From: a virus
Taxonomy: Duplodnaviria > Caudoviricetes
Reading direction: 5' to 3' (one strand)
Length of the DNA stretch: 55,361 nt
Virus record (IMG/VR): IMGVR_UViG_3300036781_000204
Location: 1-55,361 of that record
The stretch's first letter is position 1, and every line of letters begins with the position of its first letter. Below the pieces are notes generated by a model. The model was not told the origin of the DNA. It saw only the letters and a program-made list of their open reading frames with translations, and searched no databases. Below are positions 29,071 through 39,814 of the stretch, in pieces. Both the position numbers and the translations under genes were made by a program.

Positions 29071-29979
29071 ATGGCATCGTATCCCATTCCGGCTTGGTTA
29101 TCTCCAGAGGCCGCTCACGGTTATGGTGAGTTGGCTGGCGCTGCCTCGCGCGCTGCCCAGTCCGCGCAGTTGCAACGCGAGCAAATGGCTCAGGAGTCTT
29201 CCCGCGCCGCAATGCAAGCCCAGATGGAGCAGCAGCGATTGGCGCAGCAGGCCCAACAGCAACAGCAACAGCTCGCTCAGGCGGCCAAGATTCATTCCGA
29301 CACGCTGAATCAAAATCTGTTGGTGCAGTCCCAGAAGATCGCCATCGACCAAGCCTACAAGAATTCCATCATTGGACTCAAGGCACAGGACAGCGATTTG
29401 AAGGATAAGGAATTTCAGGAGAAGACCAAGCAGGCCGCAGGGCGATTCGCGGCCACCCAAAGTTTCCAAAAGGCCATCCTGCCACCTGAGCAGGGCGGAG
29501 AAGGAATGGCCCCGCAGGATGCCGCGCTGAAATACATGGCGCCATTCATGACTCCCGACGCAGCCGGTCGCATGGCCACCATTCCAGCCCCTTTCAAAAT
29601 CGGAGCACCGGAAGCAATCGCAGGCCACCCCGATCTGGACGCACTGCAAACCAGCCGCAATGGATATAAGATTATTCCGAAGCCCCCAGCAACCGCGACC
29701 AACGCTCCAACCGCAGTGCCGATCACTGACGAGAACGGTCAGGTCATTGGCCACTGGGCTCAACCCCCTGGTGGTGGTAAGCCCCAGAGAATCGCTCAGA
29801 CGAAGACGAAAAATTCCGGTCTCGAGGACGCTCTCAAGGCATATCAGGCCCAGAAATCGGGTGGTGGAAAATCCATTCCTGATGCTCCTCAGAATCCGAA
29901 AGACCGAAAAAAAGACACGACTTACAATACGCCTAAAGGTGCATTGACTTGGACCGGCACCGGATGGGTTAAGCCATGA
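29071..29979 (+). CDS. Internal virion / ejection protein
   Basis: Q-rich coiled coil, C-terminal 'TWTGTGW'. Confidence 0.6.
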   Translation: MASYPIPAWLSPEAAHGYGELAGAASRAAQSAQLQREQMAQESSRAAMQAQMEQQRLAQQAQQQQQQLAQAAKIHSDTLNQNLLVQSQKIAIDQAYKNSIIGLKAQDSDLKDKEFQEKTKQAAGRFAATQSFQKAILPPEQGGEGMAPQDAALKYMAPFMTPDAAGRMATIPAPFKIGAPEAIAGHPDLDALQTSRNGYKIIPKPPATATNAPTAVPITDENGQVIGHWAQPPGGGKPQRIAQTKTKNSGLEDALKAYQAQKSGGGKSIPDAPQNPKDRKKDTTYNTPKGALTWTGTGWVKP

Positions 29980-32900
29980 GCGAGCTTACTGACGAAGATG
30001 TTTTTGGAAGTGCCGCACCCGCAACTCAAACCAAAGAGCTGACGGACGAAGATGTTTTTGGAGCACCCCAAAAAAAGTTCGGTGACGATGCTTACGACAG
30101 GTTCAAGCTGGAAGAATCCAAATCCTCAAATTTACCGTCGTATCCGATCACCGTCCCGCCGTCCATGAATCCCGATTGGGATTTTACTCGCGCCACGAAA
30201 GGAAGTCCTGTGTTGGCATTAGCTGGTCAGGCGGTTTCAGCCATCGACAAGCACATCATCGGTCCGGCCGCAGCCACGCTCATGACTCAGCTCAAGCGGT
30301 CCACTGCGCCTGAAACGGCCATCATGGGACCTGGCGCTCATTTTCCTGGTGAAAGGGAATCAGACTACTCCCCGATCACGCCAGAGCAGAAATTGATTCA
30401 GCTCCCGCATTTGACTCCGAAAGAGCTGGAAGGTGCCACTGAAACAGAGCGCATCGCCTACGCTGCGTCAAACCCGTTGGCGGAAACCGCTGAAGGTTTG
30501 AGCACTCCCGGAAACATTGCCCTGCTCCCGTTCGCTGAAGCAAAGCCGGTGCAGGCGTTCTTTGCGGCCGGCGCCGCTGCCGGAATTCCTGAATCATTTC
30601 AAAAACTTTCCGAGGCCAAAACCCCAGAGGAGATCGTGGGGGCCGGTTCTCGGTTGGGAATCAACCTGGGAATGGCGGGAACACTCATCCATTCCCTCGG
30701 AAAAGAAGGAGCTCCAAATGCCAGCCAAGTCCAAACGCCAGCAGCGATTCATGGCGATGTGCAGTCACAATCCATCGACATCGAATCGGAAGTGTCCCCC
30801 GCGAAAAGTGGCGGAGGAGTTCAGTCATCTCCCGAAGCGGCGCAAGCCCAAGTTCCACTGAGGACCAAGGAGCACTATGATCTTCTCGCGGAGCATTGGG
30901 ATGACGACAAGCACGAGTTCAAAAAACTCAGCGATGGTCGCGTCATGCAGGCCAATTACGAGACTGGCAAAACCGAGATCGACCCCGACCAGTTTGTGCA
31001 GTGGGTGGACAAGGATTTAAAGGGGTTGAATCCGAAGCAGAAGGCGGCGGCGGTGAAATCCGCCTTCGAGCACGAGGACATTCACCTCAAGACCGACCCG
31101 GAGGATGCCGAACCCTACTGGAACTCGCTGTCATCGTTTGAGCAGAACGTCCTGAAACGCCAATACCTGAAAGGGGGAGCTGATGAGACGCCAAGAAATC
31201 TCGGACTGGAGGCAATTCGTAATCGCGTGGAGCGAGCGATGGGCCTCGAGCGAAACGACTTTATCGGCATGGCCCTACGGGAGCGATGGACAGCTAAGTC
31301 CCTGGATGCCCTCGCCAACATCGTTGGAAAAATACGACGACTCGGCGACAAGGAGTTGAGCGCCCACCAGACTGCCATTCTCGACAAGGTCCTGAGTAAC
31401 ATCGACGCGGCCAAAAACGCAACGGTTGCGCTTTCAGGCCAGCCAGATGATGAGGAATCCAAGTATGTCGAGGGTCCTTTCATGCGCCGCACCGCCGAGC
31501 CGGAGCCTGAGAAGGAGGGCACGGTTCGCCTGTATCGCGGTCACGATGGCGGCAACGGCGGAGTTTACTGGAGCCAGGATAAGACCTACGCCTCCCGAAT
31601 GGGTGAGCAGATGGAGTATCTGGACGTTCCGGCCGATAAGGTCAGTGACTATTCGGTTAAAAAGACCGAAGGCAGCGGCACGCCGAACGCATTCAAACTG
31701 CCACCCGAGCTGACCAAGGAAGCCAAACCTCTCGCGAGCGAAGGGGTTCCTACTCACAACATCGACGACATCGAGAGTCCACTTCCCCCAACGGCTCCTG
31801 GTGAGCGAGTCGTGATCGTGAAACGGCCGGATGGTTCACTTTACCGCGCTGCGTATTCTGGAAAGCAATACGATGTGAGCGCTGGCGGGAAGGCGATGAT
31901 CGAAAAATACGGCGGCTCCAAGGTGGACTCCATTGGAACTGTGAACGAGCGAGGCCAGTGGACACATGGGCTGCTTCCGAAGGGTGATAAAATAATCAAG
32001 GGATTCAGTCCTTACGCTGCGGTGGAACGCTCTGGTGAGCCTGAAGGTCCGGCGATGCGCCGCAAGAAAGGCGAGGACCTGAGTCAGGAGAAGCTGTTCG
32101 GAGAACCGATCACATCGAAAGGCGTTCCTGGTCAGGAATCCGTTCCGGAAGAAAAGCCCAGTGCTGAAGCATCGGGCGCGCGTGAGTTCGCCGAGGAGCA
32201 AACCATCTTCCCCCACCAGATTGATTTCACTCAGAAAAGTTCTGACACTCCACACGAGATGCCGTTCCGTCCGATCACGGATTCGGAGTCGAAGAACCCG
32301 GCGGAGTTGAGCAAGTTCCTAACGAGCGAAGGCCGCATCGGTGGCAGTGATTTGCCAGTGTCGGCCAGCCGCCGCATGACCGTGCTGTTCGATAAGACGA
32401 ACGGAAAGGTCCATGTCGTTTCCACATACCGCGGTGACGGCGTGGCTCGCATGGTGGACCCCAGCATCTCTGGAAAGAACCGCCCCAACAAACCAATTGG
32501 TGAGTTGCTTCACCGCTACAAGCCCATTTACTCGATCTTGCTCGGTGAGCCACGCCAGAATTACCACCAGCAATTCAACTCGCTCGCCGACTTCTACACG
32601 CAGTTCGGTGAGGAAGCGAAGCTGATGGCCCGACAGTTCGGAACTGGAACCCAAGGAATCCCGCAGAGCCCGGTTCGGGCCACAGGAGTTCGCGACCCCG
32701 ATTTCCGGGGCATGGCGCAAGAGCCCGCAGAAAACTTTCAATACCCCAGTGAGCATGAGCCCAACCTTCCACGGCCGGAAGCACCCGAGCTGCGCGCGCT
32801 CCACGATTTCTTTGGCGACGAACTTCCGTCTGATCGGCGCATGTTTGAGACGAAGCTGGTCCGGGGCGCGGCCAACGCCAGCAACCAGATGATTTCCGGT

Positions 32901-35900
32901 TTGTCCAAAATGATGGACATTGAGAAGCGACAAACTCGCGGCCTGAATGATCGTCAGGCTATGGAAAATGTATTGGATAAACTTTATGAAAACCTCCAGA
33001 ACAGCGACACTCGCAGCGATTTCATCGAAAGGACGCTGGCTCAAAGCCGCACCCATGATCTTGAGACAGATCAAGCTATTCAAGAGCGGCTCGCGGAAAT
33101 CCGGACAGCGAAAAAATCCGGTGCTCGGGAGCTGAGCACTGCTCGGGACGTGGCGCCCACCACAGTTCGAGGAGTTCACGGCCCATTCCCGGAAGCACCC
33201 GAGCCGAAATTGTCGGAACCTAAGGCTCCTGAGAAACTGAGTGCTGAAGATCAGGCCGCTTTGGATGCCGAGATTCGCAAGCACGTTCCTCCGTCAGCTT
33301 CGCCCACTCTCCGTCGTCAGTTGGTTGAGCGTCAGGTTCCGCAAGAGCCCTACACGATTGGAAAATCCCGCCCCGTCACGAAGGTTGAATACGTTGACCC
33401 GGAAACGGGAGAGACTTACGAACAGCCCTACCGACCGAACGAGGCGACTCAGGCGGATTTGGAGGCTCAGGATGAGGCTGAGAACAAGCGCCAGCTTGAG
33501 GTGTTTCCGGAGCGCGAGATGCGTTCCGAGAAACCAGAGAAGCCCGCCCCCAAAGAGTCGCTGGCTCAGGAGAAGAAGGTCGTCGCCAAGGCTGAGGGCT
33601 CCAAAGGCCAACTGGATTTCTGGAAGCAGCAGCCGCCCGCCATGCGCCGTAAAGCCGCTCAGGTGAAGGAGAAAGTTGATGACTATCTCAAGCGCACGGC
33701 CGCGAATGTTTCCACCGCTGGAGATTTGTCCGACCAGCTTTACCGGCTGAAGTCCGGTGAGAAGGCCGATTATGATCTGGCCCTGCCGGTCATCAAAGCA
33801 TCGCTGCAATCCATCCCGGCTGAAGATCGTCCGGCGCTGCTCCATTACGCCGACGAGATGCAAGTGATGGGCAAGAGCAACATCAAGCTGACCGATGCTC
33901 AACACGCGATGTATGAGACGTTCCTGGAGCCGCTATTGCATGACAATCAGAAGATGTATTCCGATCTCCAGAAGGCTGGCGTGCCGGTTGGCGACTCCAC
34001 CTACCTTGGTCGTATCGTTCAGGACACGCACTCGTTGTATTCCCGTTTGGCGCGTGGTGTGAAGCAGCGAGTGACTGAGGGCTCCGTCCTTGGCCAGAGC
34101 GCCAGCTTTTTCAAACGCCGGGTGTTCAAGGCCGTTCAGGATGCTGAGGGAAACCGGAGGCTGGTGGCATTGGTGGGGACGGGGGAACGTACGAAGGTGA
34201 TTGCCTACGAAAACGGGAAGGCCGAGCTCTTGGGAAACATGCCTCCGAAAAGTTTGGAAGTGAAGCCGCTCACTGAGGTTCAGAAGCGAACCCAGCGCAT
34301 CGTGGAGGCCCGCAGGTTGCAGGAATTGGACGCGCTCGGAAAAGTGGAGAACCAACTCGAGTCCAAGAAGCGTCAACTCTCCGCCACACCTGAAGCGGCC
34401 GCCCAGAATGCCGCCCAGATCAAGGCCATCGACGGAAAGTTGAACGATCTGAACCAGGAATACGTTCGCGTGAACGACGCTTACCCGAGCCCAGTATTTG
34501 AGCAGCCTCGTTTCTGGACCGACAAGGCTGGAAATCAATGGGAGGTGACTGACGCCACCGTGGGTGAGATCGAGAAAAACACCAACACGCGCTACTACAA
34601 AGAGCCGATGTCGGGAATTATCACTCAGAATTTGAAGCTGAAGCAGATTTCTCGCGCGAACAATTTCCTCACCCAGTTGAAAGACTCCAGTGATTTCAAA
34701 CGAGTATCCCGCTCCGTGAATGAGCGCAACGTGCCGGAAGACTGGCGCACCGTGGACCTTCCACAATTCCGCGGGCTCCGCATTGAACCGCGCACCGCTG
34801 ACGTGCTCGATCAGTTCGCTGCCGAACAGAAAGGGCCGTCACTGCCGATGAAATACGTCAGTCATCTGACGAGTTTCCTGCGAAACGCTTTGTTCACCTG
34901 GAACCCATTCGTCCACGAGCCGAACCTTCTAGCTCACTGGTTCACCGCGCGCGGGGCTGAGTGGGCCAAGCCCGGCGGCTACGACCGCATGTTCAAGAGC
35001 GGCGTCGAGGCCATGAATGACGTGATGACTCGAAGCCGGTTCCGCGATCAAGCCCTTCGTGCCGGCGCCCCCTTGATGCGCGGGATGGGAAAGATGAACG
35101 CCGAGGTGATGAACCTTCTTAAAAAGGAGTTGGACACCACTCCAACGGTGGCTGGAAAATTGGCGCGCGGGCTCGGTTACATTAATCCTCTCCGGATGGT
35201 GCGAGCGTTCGGTGATTCGCTGACGTGGGGCACCAATGAAATCCTCACCCTCCAACTTATTCGTGAGACGATGCGCCGCACCGGGCTCCCGCTGGAAGAC
35301 GCGATCACTGAGGTTGGAAAACACATGCCGAACTACCGCGTTCCGCCGCGCGTCCTGAATTCCAGGCTGATCTCTCACGTCATGCAGAACCCGATGCTCT
35401 CTCTGTGGGGCCACTACCACTACGGCGCGCTGCGCTCATACGGTGAGATGGCCAAAGAAATTCTCAGTCCAAGCAGCACGATGCGCGAGCGGGTGGACGG
35501 CCTTGGCCGAGTCGCCACCATCGGTTTCCTGATGGCCGTCATGTATCCCGCGATTGATTCCGTTATCAACGAGATCATGAAGTCGAAAGGTTACAAGATG
35601 CGCCGCGCTGGTTCCGCAACGGCACCGCAGAACATTTTGGACGTGGCCCGAGGAAAGAAAACTCCCGAGGCCGCATTGCAGTCCATCGTGACTCCCTCCC
35701 CGGTTCCGATTGCGGCCGCTGAATTGTTGTTCAACCGAAATCTCCGGACGGGATTGCCGGTTTACGACCGATCACTCGGCAAGGACACAGCGAAAGACCT
35801 TGGCTCGTTTGCGGCAAGTCAAGTCTCTCCCATCCAAGAAGGGGGAAATGTTTTGGGCGGAAAGAAAAGCCTGAAAGAGTTCGGTCTCGGACTGGCTGGC

Positions 35901-36320
35901 ATCAGTCACACGCGAGCCGACAGTGCGATGGCTAAGTTTGGAAGATTGGCTGACCACTGGATGCAGAACAGCCCTGACCCGGCGATGCGCGAGCAATACA
36001 AACGCCGCACGTCGGAGGTGTTCCCGGAATCTGATTACCAGATGCTCCGGAGCGCGATCATCCGTGGCGACCAACGGGGAGGCCAGATGGCCGTTGAGAA
36101 GCTTTTGAAGACCCGGAAGCCTAGGGACGTGGCCACTAGAATTGAAGCGTGGAAGGATTCTCCGTTCACTGGAACGAAGAAAGGCGACGAAGCGATGATG
36201 AAGGAAATGACTCCTGAGCAGTGGGACTTGTGGTATCAGGCTGCTCAGGAGCGCATGGACATTGCTAACGGGATGATGATGAATCTGGCACAGAAGGTAT
36301 CGGAGGAACCGACCAAGTAA
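29976..36320 (+). CDS. Giant ejection / polyvalent protein (2114 aa)
   Basis: HEDIH (HExxH) motif, ART-like 'VRLYRG...GVYWSQDKTYA', repeated P.MRR linkers, helical C-terminal region; last gene of the virion module. Confidence 0.75.
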   Translation: MSELTDEDVFGSAAPATQTKELTDEDVFGAPQKKFGDDAYDRFKLEESKSSNLPSYPITVPPSMNPDWDFTRATKGSPVLALAGQAVSAIDKHIIGPAAATLMTQLKRSTAPETAIMGPGAHFPGERESDYSPITPEQKLIQLPHLTPKELEGATETERIAYAASNPLAETAEGLSTPGNIALLPFAEAKPVQAFFAAGAAAGIPESFQKLSEAKTPEEIVGAGSRLGINLGMAGTLIHSLGKEGAPNASQVQTPAAIHGDVQSQSIDIESEVSPAKSGGGVQSSPEAAQAQVPLRTKEHYDLLAEHWDDDKHEFKKLSDGRVMQANYETGKTEIDPDQFVQWVDKDLKGLNPKQKAAAVKSAFEHEDIHLKTDPEDAEPYWNSLSSFEQNVLKRQYLKGGADETPRNLGLEAIRNRVERAMGLERNDFIGMALRERWTAKSLDALANIVGKIRRLGDKELSAHQTAILDKVLSNIDAAKNATVALSGQPDDEESKYVEGPFMRRTAEPEPEKEGTVRLYRGHDGGNGGVYWSQDKTYASRMGEQMEYLDVPADKVSDYSVKKTEGSGTPNAFKLPPELTKEAKPLASEGVPTHNIDDIESPLPPTAPGERVVIVKRPDGSLYRAAYSGKQYDVSAGGKAMIEKYGGSKVDSIGTVNERGQWTHGLLPKGDKIIKGFSPYAAVERSGEPEGPAMRRKKGEDLSQEKLFGEPITSKGVPGQESVPEEKPSAEASGAREFAEEQTIFPHQIDFTQKSSDTPHEMPFRPITDSESKNPAELSKFLTSEGRIGGSDLPVSASRRMTVLFDKTNGKVHVVSTYRGDGVARMVDPSISGKNRPNKPIGELLHRYKPIYSILLGEPRQNYHQQFNSLADFYTQFGEEAKLMARQFGTGTQGIPQSPVRATGVRDPDFRGMAQEPAENFQYPSEHEPNLPRPEAPELRALHDFFGDELPSDRRMFETKLVRGAANASNQMISGLSKMMDIEKRQTRGLNDRQAMENVLDKLYENLQNSDTRSDFIERTLAQSRTHDLETDQAIQERLAEIRTAKKSGARELSTARDVAPTTVRGVHGPFPEAPEPKLSEPKAPEKLSAEDQAALDAEIRKHVPPSASPTLRRQLVERQVPQEPYTIGKSRPVTKVEYVDPETGETYEQPYRPNEATQADLEAQDEAENKRQLEVFPEREMRSEKPEKPAPKESLAQEKKVVAKAEGSKGQLDFWKQQPPAMRRKAAQVKEKVDDYLKRTAANVSTAGDLSDQLYRLKSGEKADYDLALPVIKASLQSIPAEDRPALLHYADEMQVMGKSNIKLTDAQHAMYETFLEPLLHDNQKMYSDLQKAGVPVGDSTYLGRIVQDTHSLYSRLARGVKQRVTEGSVLGQSASFFKRRVFKAVQDAEGNRRLVALVGTGERTKVIAYENGKAELLGNMPPKSLEVKPLTEVQKRTQRIVEARRLQELDALGKVENQLESKKRQLSATPEAAAQNAAQIKAIDGKLNDLNQEYVRVNDAYPSPVFEQPRFWTDKAGNQWEVTDATVGEIEKNTNTRYYKEPMSGIITQNLKLKQISRANNFLTQLKDSSDFKRVSRSVNERNVPEDWRTVDLPQFRGLRIEPRTADVLDQFAAEQKGPSLPMKYVSHLTSFLRNALFTWNPFVHEPNLLAHWFTARGAEWAKPGGYDRMFKSGVEAMNDVMTRSRFRDQALRAGAPLMRGMGKMNAEVMNLLKKELDTTPTVAGKLARGLGYINPLRMVRAFGDSLTWGTNEILTLQLIRETMRRTGLPLEDAITEVGKHMPNYRVPPRVLNSRLISHVMQNPMLSLWGHYHYGALRSYGEMAKEILSPSSTMRERVDGLGRVATIGFLMAVMYPAIDSVINEIMKSKGYKMRRAGSATAPQNILDVARGKKTPEAALQSIVTPSPVPIAAAELLFNRNLRTGLPVYDRSLGKDTAKDLGSFAASQVSPIQEGGNVLGGKKSLKEFGLGLAGISHTRADSAMAKFGRLADHWMQNSPDPAMREQYKRRTSEVFPESDYQMLRSAIIRGDQRGGQMAVEKLLKTRKPRDVATRIEAWKDSPFTGTKKGDEAMMKEMTPEQWDLWYQAAQERMDIANGMMMNLAQKVSEEPTK

Positions 36321-37095
36321 CGCTCGAGATAATATCTTCGAGCATCTTTTTGTTGGAGCCCATCTTCACGAATTCCCTTATGTCTTTGACGGGGAGAACG
36401 ATCACACACGACGGAATTGGCAGGAACTCCTGAAGCATCTTGGCGCCCTCAATCCCCGGCTTGTCGTTGTCAGCCACTATTACCGCACGCTGAGTCCTCA
36501 GTTTTCCAATCGCCGTGACAAGGTGCTGAACCCCGCCAGAGCATGACGGCCGACCGATGGCGTAATACCCCAGCGTGAGCGCCGCCGCACAGTCGGTTGG
36601 ACCTTCGACGATTAACGCCAGCGGCTTCGGCCTCGACTTGGGAATAAAAATACCCGAGTGCGATCCGAGCTCGGACCACTTCTTACCGCTCTCGTGACGG
36701 ATACGAATACCGATGTAGTTTCCAATTCCATCCCGCATTGGCACTGCCCAAGCGTCGTTCCATCGTGATCGACAGAATTCCAAGTCAACAAGTGAATCGC
36801 GCGACACTCCCAATTTTTGAGAGAGTGCAAGTAGATCGCGCGAGTTTGTGTTTGCAAGGTAGCGATCCATAATACTGCGAACATTTATGACCGGCATTTG
36901 TCGCTCCGGTTTTCTGTAAGCCGGAACGTAACTGCCATCCAATGGGTGAACCCATCCACGCTCACCACCCCTGAAGTCCTTGGGTCGCTCACTGGTGGTC
37001 CTCATGCAGATCGCAGTACTCTTTCCGACCAAGCACCACGAATCCTTTTGACAAATGGGGCACGGCTTAGATCTGGTGACTCGATGCATCGACAT
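36265..37095 (-). CDS. DNA primase (Zn finger plus TOPRIM)
   Basis: 'PCPICQKDSWC', 'IVEGPTD', 'IVADNDKPG', 'KDIR'; start taken at MSMHRV. Confidence 0.85.
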   Translation of the reverse strand: MSMHRVTRSKPCPICQKDSWCLVGKSTAICMRTTSERPKDFRGGERGWVHPLDGSYVPAYRKPERQMPVINVRSIMDRYLANTNSRDLLALSQKLGVSRDSLVDLEFCRSRWNDAWAVPMRDGIGNYIGIRIRHESGKKWSELGSHSGIFIPKSRPKPLALIVEGPTDCAAALTLGYYAIGRPSCSGGVQHLVTAIGKLRTQRAVIVADNDKPGIEGAKMLQEFLPIPSCVIVLPVKDIREFVKMGSNKKMLEDIISSVTWSVPPIPSVPDSSSSR

Positions 37096-37096
37096 A

Positions 37097-37414
37097 TCAG
37101 ATTCCCTCCACAGTTTTGTCGTCAGTGATTCCCGGAATTGTCTGGGTGTCAAACTCGGACAACTTACGTTTCAAAGAAGCGAGCGTTTTGGTCTCGAGTC
37201 GTTCCGCCTTCTTTCCCCAGACATCTCCAAGACTGTCTTTGCGGACAGATAGTGACAACATCGCAGAGTCTTCACATCGACGGGCGGTGTCCCGTATGTT
37301 TGCAGCAGCCAGATAACATTGACGTTGATTTTCTCGATGTCCCTTGGCTTTATTTGTGAACTTGTCGATCTTCGCGATGATCTGCTCGCGGGAAGTGAAT
37401 CGATTGGTGGTCAT
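37097..37414 (-). CDS. Hypothetical protein
   Basis: ORF in the leftward operon. Confidence 0.6.
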   Translation of the reverse strand: MTTNRFTSREQIIAKIDKFTNKAKGHRENQRQCYLAAANIRDTARRCEDSAMLSLSVRKDSLGDVWGKKAERLETKTLASLKRKLSEFDTQTIPGITDDKTVEGI

Positions 37415-37417
37415 GGT

Positions 37418-37702
37418 TCAGTTGTTGGATGGCGTTTCGGTGGTATTTTCACAGTGATTCTGTGCGAATTTTTGGCACGTTGATATAACATCTTTACGAA
37501 TGATTTGAATCACGGGAATGGCGGCGGCATCGGGCATAATATCTCCGATCAATTCCATTTTGCTCATCAACGCCAACGCCCCACAGAAAAAAGCCTTACG
37601 ACATTCTTCGCGTTGTTGAGGGGACACCTCCTGCCCCTCGTAGGAATCCGACATGTATTGCTCAAACTCTCCGGTGATCGTTTTTATCTGATGTATTTCC
37701 AT
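37418..37702 (-). CDS. Hypothetical protein
   Basis: 'QQREECRKAFFCGA' motif seen in small phage proteins. Confidence 0.6.
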   Translation of the reverse strand: MEIHQIKTITGEFEQYMSDSYEGQEVSPQQREECRKAFFCGALALMSKMELIGDIMPDAAAIPVIQIIRKDVISTCQKFAQNHCENTTETPSNN

Positions 37703-37703
37703 A

Positions 37704-39449
37704 TTAAATGTCCGGGTCGATTGGTGATTTTTTAGGTGGCACTTTCCAGTTATTACTACGCAGTTCGTTCATGAGTCTATCAGCCTCCTTCTTGGTCATG
37801 TTGGTGGTTTCGTAGCCGAATTTCTTCAGCGTGTTACAGGTTCCAGGGCCAGCCAGTCGATTCTTGAAACGACGCATCGTCTCGACAAACAACTGCTTAG
37901 CTTGAGGGTATTCGTAGTCGTCAGGATTGATACCTGCCCGACGCAGCAGGCCTTGTTGTTTCTCACTCAGCTTCTTTCCAATGGTGTCGCCGCGAGCGCG
38001 CGCCGGCTGAATATCATAAGCATCGAACGGGTCCACTTTGACCGTAGTGAATTTAGACCGCGCCACGATCTTGCCCCTCCGACCTTCCGAGTCTCGTTTC
38101 GCTCTATCAATTCGCTTCTTTATGATCTCCTCCGAGTCCTCCAGCAAGTCAGAAACTCGGAACACATCTTCTTTTTCCAGCGCCTTCTTTTTCGCCAGCG
38201 CCAGCACTCGGTCAGTCACGCGACCACCGAGAATATCCGCCACGGTAATCAGCTTATGCCGGCCGCTGTTGCCCACGAAATCGCAAACCAGTAATCCCTT
38301 TTTGTAGGAGGCGTTGATGGCTTCCTTACGAGCGTTGGCGGTTTCGATTCCGTCCACCAGTTTACGGAGCGGACGAGTTCCACGTCCGATGATCTGGGTG
38401 TAAAGGCTGCGGCTTTTTGTGGCACGCGCCATGACGACGACTTCCACTTCTGGACAATCAAACCCCTCAGTGCAGATGCCGACGTTCACGAGAACCTGAA
38501 GTGTTCCATTTTTGAACTCCTCAAACATTGAACGCCGCTCACCCTTGGGAACCTTGTCCCACACCGCCGCCGCCATGCCTGGTTTCACCCGGTTCATGAT
38601 CTCAGCGAACCTCTGGGCCTGAATGACGCTCGTGCAGAACACCAGCGTCCGCCTCGGATTTCCGTGCTTCACGATCACTGATGCCCAATCACTCACTGGA
38701 GAATAATCCAGGCGGTGCAGGGGCAGTCCCGATGACACCTCTAGAGTCGGCTGAATCATTCTCTGCACTGTGTCCTCGTCCTCCATTACCTCAGACAACT
38801 GACCGAGATTCAGATCTCCGGCAGTCGTCTCGATGTGTGAGTAGTCGAGCCCCTGAACGGGAATCATCATCTGGTCGATGGGCACCAGCCACCCATCCAT
38901 GATTCCGTCTATGATGTCGTATTCGTAAACCGTCTCTTTGAAGATTTGACCGAGCGCTTCGTTGTCCGCGCGGTCAGGGGTCGCCGTCATCCCCAGCATC
39001 TTCATGCTGGAATTTTGGAAGTAGTAATCGACAACCTTCTTGAAAGACGGGGCGGGAAAGTGGTGGCCTTCATCTCCCACCAGTAATCCGAAACTGTTCG
39101 GATTGAATTTCTTCATTCGACCACCGTTGAATCCGGCGTTCTGGGTTTGGATGGTGCTGATGATGACGGGCACTTTACTAAAGATTGAGTCGTTGGCCTT
39201 TTGGTCGGCCATCTCGATCTCACATTCAAGCCCGGTGAATTCTCGAATGGTGTCACGCGCTTGATAGATCAGCGTGTCGCGGTGGGCGAGTACGATGGTC
39301 CGCGCGGGCTGGATTCTCTTGATGACTTCAGAGATGATGCAAGTTTTCCCAAGCCCGGTGGCCAACACGCCGAGCACTGAATTAACCCCTCGGTCCCACG
39401 CCTCAAAAATACAATCCGTGCAGTCGGACTGGTAGTCCCTCATTTTCAT
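37704..39449 (-). CDS. SF2 helicase (ResIII/Irc3-like DExH)
   Basis: Q motif RDYQ, ATGLGKT, DEGHH, TATP, EGFDCP, QIIGRGTR. Confidence 0.92.
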   Translation of the reverse strand: MKMRDYQSDCTDCIFEAWDRGVNSVLGVLATGLGKTCIISEVIKRIQPARTIVLAHRDTLIYQARDTIREFTGLECEIEMADQKANDSIFSKVPVIISTIQTQNAGFNGGRMKKFNPNSFGLLVGDEGHHFPAPSFKKVVDYYFQNSSMKMLGMTATPDRADNEALGQIFKETVYEYDIIDGIMDGWLVPIDQMMIPVQGLDYSHIETTAGDLNLGQLSEVMEDEDTVQRMIQPTLEVSSGLPLHRLDYSPVSDWASVIVKHGNPRRTLVFCTSVIQAQRFAEIMNRVKPGMAAAVWDKVPKGERRSMFEEFKNGTLQVLVNVGICTEGFDCPEVEVVVMARATKSRSLYTQIIGRGTRPLRKLVDGIETANARKEAINASYKKGLLVCDFVGNSGRHKLITVADILGGRVTDRVLALAKKKALEKEDVFRVSDLLEDSEEIIKKRIDRAKRDSEGRRGKIVARSKFTTVKVDPFDAYDIQPARARGDTIGKKLSEKQQGLLRRAGINPDDYEYPQAKQLFVETMRRFKNRLAGPGTCNTLKKFGYETTNMTKKEADRLMNELRSNNWKVPPKKSPIDPDI

Positions 39450-39814
39450 GACGGCCACCGCCTGTCGTTCATTTTCTTACGGTGCATTTCGATGTGCTTT
39501 GACTGGGTGGTGACATCCAGATTTTTGTCTGAATTGTTCCTTTTATTTTCATCTTTATGATGGACGATCTCGCCGGGGCGAAGCGGTCTCCCGATTTTTA
39601 TCTCAGCCACAATTCTGTGGAGGTGACGACCGTGGAATTTTATATATCCCCTTCCAGCCCCGCGTCCACGCCTGGTGTTTCCTATCTTATCGGCATTGAA
39701 TTTCCCATTGCCGCGATTCCTACAAAGTGCGGAACAGAACTTTGCGGTGAGAGCCCGATATGGCCTAACGCTGAATTCTGCTCCGCACAACTTGCATATC
39801 AAATTTACCTTCAC
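39446..39814 (-). CDS. HNH endonuclease
   Basis: Zn ribbon CxxC..FCS..C; 'HRIVAE...VHHKDENKRNN...NL'. Confidence 0.85.
   Translation of the reverse strand: MKVNLICKLCGAEFSVRPYRALTAKFCSALCRNRGNGKFNADKIGNTRRGRGAGRGYIKFHGRHLHRIVAEIKIGRPLRPGEIVHHKDENKRNNSDKNLDVTTQSKHIEMHRKKMNDRRWPS

Noticed and set aside
32319-34766. Long minus-strand ORFs (321, 203 and 277 aa)
   Set aside because: Antisense shadows of the 2114-aa gene.
39446-39814. HNH genes as group I intron-encoded ORFs
   Set aside because: Flanking genes look intact and are directly coupled to the HNH ORFs, leaving no room for intron core structure.
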